Shown here in pieces: positions 1 to 7,055 of a stretch of 20,000 bases of DNA. Source of the stretch: an uncultured virus (IMG/VR IMGVR_UViG_3300021092_000027) (lineage: Duplodnaviria; Heunggongvirae; Uroviricota; Caudoviricetes); IMG/VR virus record IMGVR_UViG_3300021092_000027; one strand, written 5' to 3'. The position numbers and the translations under genes were made by a program. The notes beneath the pieces were generated by a model. It made no database searches. It saw nothing but the letters and a program-made list of their open reading frames with translations, and had not been told where the DNA came from. How positions within the stretch are numbered: position 1 is the first letter of the stretch; every line of letters begins with the position of its first letter.

Positions 1-1578
1 GTCAACTTCAACCATATCATCTAGACCATCAAGAATAAAACCAAACGGTGCCATGTCCTGCTCAATTTGATTTTTCTGCTCTTCATATATCCTCTTTCGG
101 ATATCTTGATCTGTCATCTCCTTAAAATAAGGTTGTTGAACCAACCAAGAAAAAATAACCAAACACATTACCAAGTCATCGTTGTATCCTTCATCGGCTT
201 CAAACGATTGTTTTCTTTGAATGAACGTTGTTAGTTCCGAAACAATATTGTAATCATTTACAACTAACTTATCGTCTTCTATTAATGTCTTTAAGTTTGA
301 ACATCCTTGAGCTTTAACTGTCTTGGACATCTTGACTCCCATTTGAGTTTTACCTCCAGAGAATCCATGTCCAACTATTTGACCTGCACGACCTCTCATC
401 GCACACATCAAAACATTTTCATATTCAATATCATAGTGAAGCATGGAGGCAACAGCTTCTCCAATATCATTTACTTCAACTAAAACATATGCATTATTAT
501 AACTTGATGCCACCCGTTGAATAACATTAGGAAGCAACATGGGTTTGATATCATGGTCCCTATATTTTGCCACTAGCTTCCACGGAGCTTGAGTAATATC
601 AATAACAACGAAAGCAGAGTAGTCCTGAGACAAACCTCTACTAACATCAACACATATAATATAATCGTGGTTATCGAGTGCTGGTTCATATACATCCAAA
701 CCTGCGTTACTTGTGATGGGATCTTCGTATATTAATGATCTAATTTTTGATGCTGAAATTAAAGTATCAACAGATCCGAGAAACTCACATTCAAATTCTT
801 GTGTGAACTGTCGTTCAGATGTATTAGCTATTGTAGTTCGTTTCCAATCATCATCCCTACCAGGAACTTCTGACCAGTGAACTTCGGTCCAAATATATCC
901 ATTCCTATTCTTCTGAGCATCAACCCAAAGTTTATAGAAATGGTTCATTCCATTTGGCGTTGAAATAATTATGACCTTCGTGCTTTTACCTGAAGTAATA
1001 GTAGGATAAACAGAGGCAAAGAATTGCTCTGCAATATGGTTTGGAATGAAAGCGAATTCGTCGAGGAAGATGATATTAAACGACATGCCTCGGACAGCAG
1101 ACGCAGATGTAGAAGCTGCCAATATCTTACTGCCATTTTCCAACTCCATCGAACCTTTGTTGTAGACCACTATACCCTGTTGCATCCAGAGTGGCAACTG
1201 TTCATAAGCTAACTGTAACCTACCCAGAAGGTCCCTGGCTGTGGACAATTTGTTTGCCAGGATGCCTATGTTGACGTTATCGTTAAACAGGGCATAATGG
1301 AGGAGATACGATACACACGTTGTTGATTTGCCAGTCTGTCTTGGCAACTTTGCAATATTGAATCTATGCTCGTGGAAATTTTGAATGAGCTGCTTTTGAA
1401 AATCCCACATCTTAAAGGGAACAACACCTTCATCAAGAGAGATAATTTTCACATAGTTCATAGCAAAGTAGACTGGATCTTCTTTGCACTTGATGTATTC
1501 TTGAATCTGTTCTTCCGTAAACTCAATTGGCGTTCCAACTTTCTTGAGGTTGGGGTTACCAAGATAAAATTCAGACAT
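1..1578 (-). CDS. gp17: Terminase large subunit (T4 gp17-like), 3' end truncated by the window edge
   Basis: Not in the ORF track. Manual translation from ATG at 1578 gives MSEFYLGNPNLKKVG..., Walker A KLPRQTGKST, Walker B NIIFLDEFAF, coupling motif IIISTPNG, RNase-H-like nuclease motifs YIICVDVSRG..DYSAF and GYNDDLVM, and ends in frame at the edge with ..MAPFGFILDGLDDMVEVD. Lies downstream of gp16. Confidence 0.97.
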   Translation of the reverse strand, partial: MSEFYLGNPNLKKVGTPIEFTEEQIQEYIKCKEDPVYFAMNYVKIISLDEGVVPFKMWDFQKQLIQNFHEHRFNIAKLPRQTGKSTTCVSYLLHYALFNDNVNIGILANKLSTARDLLGRLQLAYEQLPLWMQQGIVVYNKGSMELENGSKILAASTSASAVRGMSFNIIFLDEFAFIPNHIAEQFFASVYPTITSGKSTKVIIISTPNGMNHFYKLWVDAQKNRNGYIWTEVHWSEVPGRDDDWKRTTIANTSERQFTQEFECEFLGSVDTLISASKIRSLIYEDPITSNAGLDVYEPALDNHDYIICVDVSRGLSQDYSAFVVIDITQAPWKLVAKYRDHDIKPMLLPNVIQRVASSYNNAYVLVEVNDIGEAVASMLHYDIEYENVLMCAMRGRAGQIVGHGFSGGKTQMGVKMSKTVKAQGCSNLKTLIEDDKLVVNDYNIVSELTTFIQRKQSFEADEGYNDDLVMCLVIFSWLVQQPYFKEMTDQDIRKRIYEEQKNQIEQDMAPFGFILDGLDDMVEVD

Positions 1579-1582
1579 GTCT

Positions 1583-1607
1583 AATAGTTCTTCACAGAAC
1601 TATTTAA
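1583..1607 (-). promoter_or_regulatory. T4-type late promoter core (TTAAATA) overlapping a 9-bp hairpin with a GUGA tetraloop just upstream of the gp17 start
   Basis: Plus strand tatttaa at 1601-1607 is TTAAATA on minus. Inverted repeat aatagttct (1583-1591) / agaactatt (1596-1604). Confidence 0.65.
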
Positions 1608-1608
1608 C

Positions 1609-1630
1609 AAAAAAAGGAGGTCAAGCCTCC
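1609..1630 (-). terminator. Rho-independent terminator
   Basis: Minus strand reads GGAGG-CTTGA-CCTCC then TTTTTTT; the hairpin spans the stop codon of the 1621..1806 ORF. Confidence 0.75.
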
Positions 1631-1806
1631 CTAAAGTTATTTAAATAATACCAATCTTCTGCAGTTTCGTAACTCTCAAAGTAGTGGATTCTACCTTTCC
1701 AAACTAAAGTAAATCTTCCAATTAAGCTATCGAAACCGATGTTAGGCTTACCATCCTCTTCAATTTCGTCTTCGACATAGAGACGATCTTCTGGAACTTC
1801 ACTCAT
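1621..1806 (-). CDS. Hypothetical acidic protein (61 aa)
   Basis: ORF track; co-directional, overlaps the stop of the upstream ORF and is followed by a terminator. Confidence 0.75.
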   Translation of the reverse strand: MSEVPEDRLYVEDEIEEDGKPNIGFDSLIGRFTLVWKGRIHYFESYETAEDWYYLNNFREA

Positions 1807-1948
1807 CTAAAACCTTCTCCCTTTCTACTCTTGCGAGTTCACGTTCAATTATAGCACGAACTTGTCTTGCTCGTCCAGTCTCTCTAAATTGCTCTAGTAT
1901 AAAAAGTTCTCTTTGTAGGTCTTCGATCGAGGGAAATCTTTCTTCCAT
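1799..1948 (-). CDS. Hypothetical small charged helical protein (49 aa)
   Basis: Not in the ORF track. Manual translation MEERFPSIEDLQRELFILEQFRETGRARQVRAIIERELARVEREKVLDE*; fills the gap between neighbours with an 8-nt overlap downstream. Confidence 0.7.
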   Translation of the reverse strand: MEERFPSIEDLQRELFILEQFRETGRARQVRAIIERELARVEREKVLDE

Positions 1949-1952
1949 AACA

Positions 1953-2057
1953 CTACTCTGTGAATGCAATCCAGAGTATATATCCTACGCAGAAAAGTGT
2001 CAATAATAATCCTACACAAAGGATTGCTACAACACCATATGGAAAATCTTGTGGCAT
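1953..2057 (-). CDS. Small single-pass membrane protein (34 aa)
   Basis: Not in the ORF track. Manual translation MPQDFPYGVVAILCVGLLLTLFCVGYILWIAFTE*; TAATG stop/start overlap with the upstream ORF; long uninterrupted hydrophobic stretch. Confidence 0.7.
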   Translation of the reverse strand: MPQDFPYGVVAILCVGLLLTLFCVGYILWIAFTE

Positions 2058-2269
2058 TATGGGTGATCTTCTTCTAATTCTTTAAGTCTTTTTCCCCAGG
2101 TTGTTCCCTTTTCGGAACCCCTCTTAGGATTTATACAACTATCATCTCCAAATTGATTACAAACAAGACCTGCTAGATCATCTTCATTTCCAAGCTTGTT
2201 TGTACCAGTCCAATAATGTTGGTTGCCAATCCAGGTAGCCCCGCATTTAGGGCATATCTTTGTGTTCAT
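2057..2269 (-). CDS. Cys-rich hypothetical protein (70 aa), possible metal-binding
   Basis: CPKC...HYW...DLAGLVC...C motif; I recall this pattern from cyanophage/cyanobacterial hypothetical proteins (not searched). Confidence 0.8.
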   Translation of the reverse strand: MNTKICPKCGATWIGNQHYWTGTNKLGNEDDLAGLVCNQFGDDSCINPKRGSEKGTTWGKRLKELEEDHP

Positions 2270-2477
2270 CTTTATACTCCTTGAGGAACTTTTGGAAGTC
2301 GGTTGTGTCTCTCACTAGTTTCCTCTTGAGTTTCCAACCCATCCATTTCATTTGAACTCTTACGAATGCATAACGCACTTGCAAATCCGCATAAGCAAAA
2401 AGCTTCATGGTCTCTTCCAATCCAGCGTAAGCTACCAAGATTGCAAAGAAGACTATGATGAAATAAAAACCGTACAT
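2247..2477 (-). CDS. Hypothetical membrane-anchored protein (76 aa)
   Basis: N-terminal hydrophobic segment FYFIIVFFAILVAYAG and basic C-terminal half; promoter-like motifs lie just upstream. Confidence 0.8.
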   Translation of the reverse strand: MYGFYFIIVFFAILVAYAGLEETMKLFAYADLQVRYAFVRVQMKWMGWKLKRKLVRDTTDFQKFLKEYKDEHKDMP

Positions 2478-2524
2478 TTTGGTAACTTTCTGCTACACAG
2501 ATTATACCACTATTTACCAAAATG
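2475..2524 (-). promoter_or_regulatory. Late promoter core (TAAATA, 2511-2516) and extended -10 (TGGTATAAT, 2501-2509) within an 11-bp inverted repeat that includes the downstream ATG
   Basis: cattttggtaa (2475-2485) and ttaccaaaatg (2514-2524) are perfect reverse complements; both promoter motifs read on the minus strand. Confidence 0.65.
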
Positions 2525-2573
2525 AAACATTCTTAAAATTAATGTGATATATCAAAAGAAATTATTAATGATT

Positions 2574-3182
2574 TCATCGGCAGTTCCATCTCCTCAGTGC
2601 TTTATTGATTCTGCTATCTGGATCTCTAGCAGTTTTAGATGAAGTTAGCTTTGTCTTCATTCCTTTCATACGGCGACAGAATGATGCTCTACGCTTAGCT
2701 CTTTTTCCTTTGGGTTTCTTTTCAGTAACTGCGGTCTGTAGTTTAGAACCTGGGTTCTCTTTACGATATGCATTAACTGCTTTCTGACTCAACCCATCCG
2801 TTTTATCCTTACGATTGACTGACTGCCAATCCTCCTTTTGCATCTTCTTAACATTCTTCTGTGCTTCAGGGTGCTCTCTAGAGTATACTTTCTTATCGTT
2901 TGTAGATTTTTCTACCGCACATCCACAGTGCTCTCTAAATTCTTTGAATGTTTTCATTTTCCTTTCTTCTTTAGTTAGGAATACTGAAGAATCTGTAGGA
3001 TCAGATTCCCAAAACGTAACAACTCTACTTCCTGGATAAATCCTATCTACAATTCTTTGAGCTTGAGATCTTTGCATTAATGCAGTTTTAGATCTAAAAA
3101 CATTTACAGAAAAAGGTGACCCTCTCCACATCAAGGAGATGGTATAGTATCTACCATAAGAAGTGGGAAGTCTTTCCGCCAT
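2574..3182 (-). CDS. Basic hypothetical protein, probably head-internal/core type; C-terminal RRxSFCxRM...SRINKALRRWNC domain (DUF6321-like, from recall)
   Basis: Very Lys/Arg-rich C-terminus; internal MKTFKEFRE at residue 76 resembles the N-termini of T4 internal proteins. Confidence 0.75.
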   Translation of the reverse strand: MAERLPTSYGRYYTISLMWRGSPFSVNVFRSKTALMQRSQAQRIVDRIYPGSRVVTFWESDPTDSSVFLTKEERKMKTFKEFREHCGCAVEKSTNDKKVYSREHPEAQKNVKKMQKEDWQSVNRKDKTDGLSQKAVNAYRKENPGSKLQTAVTEKKPKGKRAKRRASFCRRMKGMKTKLTSSKTARDPDSRINKALRRWNCR

Positions 3183-3481
3183 CAGTTTCTATATGCAATA
3201 GAGGTTGCATACACAATTCCATCAGCGTAGATAAAATGTGCTGGATTCTTTTCAATAACTAAAGTTTCTTGAAGTGCAACTCTGATGGATGCAATTGGAG
3301 CTTGACCTTGGGTGGATACAATATTGATTGTTATACCATCTTGATCTTGAGTTGTTCCACCACCAAGAACCAAACCCGCTGGATAAACGTGAATTAATTT
3401 GGCATTACTTAAAGTCGTTGCAGTGCCACTACTGGTTGGTAATAACGCCGTAGTGTTCAGTGGCTTAATGATACCTGTCAT
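3182..3481 (-). CDS. Hypothetical beta-rich protein (99 aa), possibly virion-associated
   Basis: ORF track; TGATG overlap with the downstream gene; late promoter motif just upstream. Confidence 0.75.
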   Translation of the reverse strand: MTGIIKPLNTTALLPTSSGTATTLSNAKLIHVYPAGLVLGGGTTQDQDGITINIVSTQGQAPIASIRVALQETLVIEKNPAHFIYADGIVYATSIAYRN

Positions 3482-3503
3482 TTTATTTTAAGTGACCTTC
3501 TTT

Positions 3504-3923
3504 TTATTTATCTTTTTTCTTCGATGCGTCTTTCAACATCTTTTGTAGATCAGCCGTGCTTCCAACAAAAAGAGCATTAGTTACATTAGTAGGACCTTTT
3601 GCTTTCTCATCCTTAACATCTTTCTTGAGTTTTTGGAGTGCCATTAATTTATCGGCAACATCCCCTACGTGCTTGATTAACTGTCCAGCAACTTCGTATG
3701 CTCTAGGGTGATCAGAAGACATAGCCAAATCAAGAGCGCCGTTGATAGCTTCTTGTCCTTTGTCCACCAGCAGGTATAAATTGGATCTTGCATATTCATA
3801 GTCGCTTTGAACATCATCTCCATCAGGTTTTTCTTTCTTTACCTGAGGTTTTTCTTCTTGTTCAACTGGAACTATCTCGGCAAGAGTCTCAAATGCTTGA
3901 TCTAAACCTTCAAAATTATCCAT
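3504..3923 (-). CDS. gp16: Terminase small subunit (T4 gp16-like)
   Basis: DYEYARSNL, HPRAYEVAGQLIK and NALFVGSTADLQKML motifs; position between gp15 and gp17. Confidence 0.93.
   Translation of the reverse strand: MDNFEGLDQAFETLAEIVPVEQEEKPQVKKEKPDGDDVQSDYEYARSNLYLLVDKGQEAINGALDLAMSSDHPRAYEVAGQLIKHVGDVADKLMALQKLKKDVKDEKAKGPTNVTNALFVGSTADLQKMLKDASKKKDK
3505..3511 (-). promoter_or_regulatory. T4-type late promoter core ATAAATA
   Basis: tatttat at 3505-3511 overlaps the gp16 stop, about 23 nt upstream of the ATG at 3481. Confidence 0.55.
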
Positions 3924-4917
3924 AGAAAGAAGTCAATTCATTAAATCCAAAGTCATCTCCAGCTTCAACCAGAGCATCATCTGCCGTAGTAATTACATCG
4001 ACAGGTGTTCCAGCAGCATGTGCGTCTGCTATAGTACCGTTCTGAGCTCGAACGACGGCAATCTTATTCGTACCTGGTTTTGATTTAACCTTCATTACTT
4101 CATTACCAATTTCTACAAATGCTCCAATTGGAATATTTGTAAAGTCCGCAACCTCAATAGTGAGAGTCTTAGTTGTAATTGCACTAACAATAGTTGTTGT
4201 GTTATCCTTGTCTCTATCAACCAGTGCCTTTGGAGTAACTTGATAGGATACTTGTCTAGTTGCAGCTAAATCAACCTTGGTATGATAATCGACAGTTGCT
4301 TTTTTGATTGGCGACGTTGTTCCAACGGGACCAAAGACGTATGCTTTAGCTGTAAAATTTAAAGTGAAAAGTGTGAGTTTGCGATCATCAAATGATCCTT
4401 CATAATCATCTGAATATGAGATACTATTCAGAGTGATTGGAACGTCTCTAAACTCTTCCATCTCTTCTACAAGTTTGATGGTAAGGTTATAAGATGGTTG
4501 GAAGAATGGTAAAATCTGCTCGACAATTTCTAACGCATCATCATTTGTCTTTGAGATAATATTTAACTCAAAGTCAATATTGTATGGGACAGGAGTAAAT
4601 TGCTTCTTGACTACGTTATTATCTACAGACTTAAATGTAGTTGTGATTGGAGCTAACTTTCTAGATGCATCATAAGAAATACCAGTCATCTCAAATGAAA
4701 GACGTGGTAAAGTAATAGCAACCTTTTGATTTAAGTCTGCTTGTTCTGTAATTCTTGCGAGAAACTTTTGGCGAGGTCCATATGCAAGAGGAACTTTCAT
4801 CCTACTATAAGTAGTTCCATCTGGATTTTCTTTTCTTACTTCAATAGTATTGAAGACAGTTCCGAATGCAATAACACACTTTCGGATTATCTTATTATAA
4901 GTATAGGTTCCCAACAT
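3916..4917 (-). CDS. gp15: Tail sheath stabilizer / tail completion protein (T4 gp15-like)
   Basis: IAFGTVFN, KVPLAYGPRQKFLAR, LPRLSFEM, PVPYNIDFEL and EQILPFFQP motifs; synteny with gp14 and gp16. Confidence 0.95.
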   Translation of the reverse strand: MLGTYTYNKIIRKCVIAFGTVFNTIEVRKENPDGTTYSRMKVPLAYGPRQKFLARITEQADLNQKVAITLPRLSFEMTGISYDASRKLAPITTTFKSVDNNVVKKQFTPVPYNIDFELNIISKTNDDALEIVEQILPFFQPSYNLTIKLVEEMEEFRDVPITLNSISYSDDYEGSFDDRKLTLFTLNFTAKAYVFGPVGTTSPIKKATVDYHTKVDLAATRQVSYQVTPKALVDRDKDNTTTIVSAITTKTLTIEVADFTNIPIGAFVEIGNEVMKVKSKPGTNKIAVVRAQNGTIADAHAAGTPVDVITTADDALVEAGDDFGFNELTSFYG

Positions 4918-4918
4918 A

Positions 4919-6247
4919 TCAAGTAGCTACTCCAAATGGATTCGATTCAGTGAAATCTATAATGTCATCACCACTGACTTCATAGAATTCATTTTCATAA
5001 TATTTAGTATCTGTACTATCTATGTTATTATAAGAGTTGAGTGAAATGATCGCTCCAGAATTATCTCCAATAATCGCTTCACCGAGACTAAATGATTTTG
5101 TTGGATTCTTGAGTTTAATCCAACCCTCAGATGAATCCCACTCAACGAGTTGTGCTTGAGAACCAGTTGTTCCACCAGTTACAGTTTCTGGCACAACAAA
5201 AGATCCAGTGATTCCTGATGGTGGAGCAGAGAATGAGACAGTGGCAGTGGTATATCCTGAACCTGCATTTGTTACATCAATAAGACGAACTGACTTGTAG
5301 TTTGATCCACCATCAAGTAACTTGATAGATGTTAAAACTCCATTCGTAAATACTGGAAGCATAGAAGCAGTTTGTCCACCAGTATCGGGATCTGAGACAA
5401 CGAGAATTGTTCTATCCTCGTCATAACTTAAACCACCATCAACGATAGTAACTGCTCTTATTTCTCCATCCTTTACAGTAGCTCTAATTTTTGCTGCTCG
5501 AATAGGAGTTCCACCAGTCAGAGATACTGTTGCGAGATATGCTTTTGCAGTAGCTCCATTTCCATCTCCAGCAATTGTTACTGTTGGTGCTTCCATATAT
5601 GAAGATCCACCATTAGTAATCAGAACTTGCTCAATCGATCCATTATTACGAGTAAGATTAGCAGTTGCAGTTGTTCCAGTATCTTTAAGGTAGTAGTACT
5701 TAACAGTATATCCAGTATCAATAAGTTCTTCGTCTCCCTCAAAGATATCTCCTTTCTCATCTTGATATTCAAAGAGCTCACACTTGAGTTTAAATATGTA
5801 GTTCTTTCCAATCTGATAGAATGGTTCTTCGTGTTCTACAAATTTGATTTCAAAATAATTATTAGTTAGTGGGAAGTAAACCAGATCACCTTCCTGTGGT
5901 CTTGTTCCTAAAAGAACTTCTGGATCTGCTAGTAAAAACTGTGAGATAAGATCCTCAAATCTTTGCTGGGAAATGACAAGAGTAATCTCATCGGATTGTC
6001 TAATTCCAAATTTAGTAAGTAAGTCTCCACCACCTTGGAATCCCTCGGCATTTTCTAAGTAAGCTTCGATGATATATGAGTCATCAAATTGAGAAATGAT
6101 CTCTTCGTTAAAAACACTATCCTTACTAACAAGTTGTCTTGGAATATAAAGAATATCCATCCCAAACATCTTGAGATATTCCTCCACAAGATTTTGTTGA
6201 AGGAATTGTTCGTTGCGAGTTCCGTGAGTGAAGTATACGTTTCTCAT
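4919..6247 (-). CDS. gp14: Neck protein (T4 gp14-like) with an internal repeat insertion
   Basis: LVEEYLKMFGMDILYIPR, GDLLTKFG, RPQEGDLVYFP, FEIKFVEHEEPFYQ and C-terminal IIDFTESNPFG motifs. Confidence 0.95.
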   Translation of the reverse strand: MRNVYFTHGTRNEQFLQQNLVEEYLKMFGMDILYIPRQLVSKDSVFNEEIISQFDDSYIIEAYLENAEGFQGGGDLLTKFGIRQSDEITLVISQQRFEDLISQFLLADPEVLLGTRPQEGDLVYFPLTNNYFEIKFVEHEEPFYQIGKNYIFKLKCELFEYQDEKGDIFEGDEELIDTGYTVKYYYLKDTGTTATANLTRNNGSIEQVLITNGGSSYMEAPTVTIAGDGNGATAKAYLATVSLTGGTPIRAAKIRATVKDGEIRAVTIVDGGLSYDEDRTILVVSDPDTGGQTASMLPVFTNGVLTSIKLLDGGSNYKSVRLIDVTNAGSGYTTATVSFSAPPSGITGSFVVPETVTGGTTGSQAQLVEWDSSEGWIKLKNPTKSFSLGEAIIGDNSGAIISLNSYNNIDSTDTKYYENEFYEVSGDDIIDFTESNPFGVAT

Positions 6248-7053
6248 CCGATCATATCCAGCGGTGGCATTTCGTACATCGTGAGCATTTCTGACTCAAG
6301 TTTTTCTACTGCTTCTTTTCCTTCGTTGTAAATAAATTCACCGTTCATGGTGATTCCACCAGGAAGTTGAGCGCCCTGGAACTTAATCAGGTTTGCTCCC
6401 CACTGACGACGAATCAAAGCAGTTAGATATCTCTTAACCCAGATATCGTTATATACATTATTGTAATCTGCTGGATCAATAGCTCGATAACATTCGAATA
6501 CCAAGTAGTCTCCAGCCGCAAGATCTTCTTGAACGTCGATATCTAAGAAGAGGCGATTTCCTCTCATATTAAATCTTACTTGCTTCTGCCCTTCGAGTAA
6601 AAAATAGATATCTTCAAGTCTTCTGTTTACCATTTCATAAGTCAGAATCTCAGTTTGAGTAAGATCCCAAAGATCATTAAGTCTCCACTGATATCTAACA
6701 TCAAAAAGATTAGTTGTATTTTTTGAAGTAAAATCAAAGATCTTGATCACACTTGTAATGTGAGATGGAAGTGTGATAAAATTATTTTGCTCTTTAAATG
6801 ATGTAGATCTTGCACCAACCTGAGTCGTTGTAGTAGTCGTATCAGTTTTCATCAGGTCAATTGTTGCTTGATCAAATTGATACTTCAAATAAGTTTTGAT
6901 GTATCCATCCATGTGACGCTCATTATAAAATTGGATAGCGTCATCTACGAGATCATCGATCTGATCATCATCGACGTTAATTTCTAATACTGGAGCTCCC
7001 AACTGACGCAGAGCGTAGTCGATAAGATTTTGTCTGGAAGATGGCTTTGACAT
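6244..7053 (-). CDS. gp13: Neck protein (T4 gp13-like)
   Basis: LIDYALRQLGAPVLEINVDDDQ, WVKRYLTALIRRQWGANLIKF..QLPGGITMNG and PPLDMIG motifs. Confidence 0.96.
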   Translation of the reverse strand: MSKPSSRQNLIDYALRQLGAPVLEINVDDDQIDDLVDDAIQFYNERHMDGYIKTYLKYQFDQATIDLMKTDTTTTTTQVGARSTSFKEQNNFITLPSHITSVIKIFDFTSKNTTNLFDVRYQWRLNDLWDLTQTEILTYEMVNRRLEDIYFLLEGQKQVRFNMRGNRLFLDIDVQEDLAAGDYLVFECYRAIDPADYNNVYNDIWVKRYLTALIRRQWGANLIKFQGAQLPGGITMNGEFIYNEGKEAVEKLESEMLTMYEMPPLDMIG

Positions 7054-7055
7054 GA

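Noticed and set aside
1..1578. Possible intron, intein or frameshift in the terminase gene, since it is missing from the ORF track
   Set aside because: The start and the edge-proximal end are in the same frame with normally spaced motifs. It is missing only because its stop codon lies outside the window.
1573..1582. Palindrome AGACATGTCT centred on the gp17 start codon
   Set aside because: A single loopless 10-bp palindrome is expected by chance in 20 kb; no second copy noticed.
1024..1584. Plus-strand ORFs 1024..1212 and 1366..1584
   Set aside because: Antisense shadows of the gp17 reading frame, with no recognisable motifs.
2272..2520. Alternative-frame minus-strand ORF of 82 aa
   Set aside because: Overlaps the better-supported 2247..2477 gene, starts upstream of the promoter motifs and has no recognisable features.
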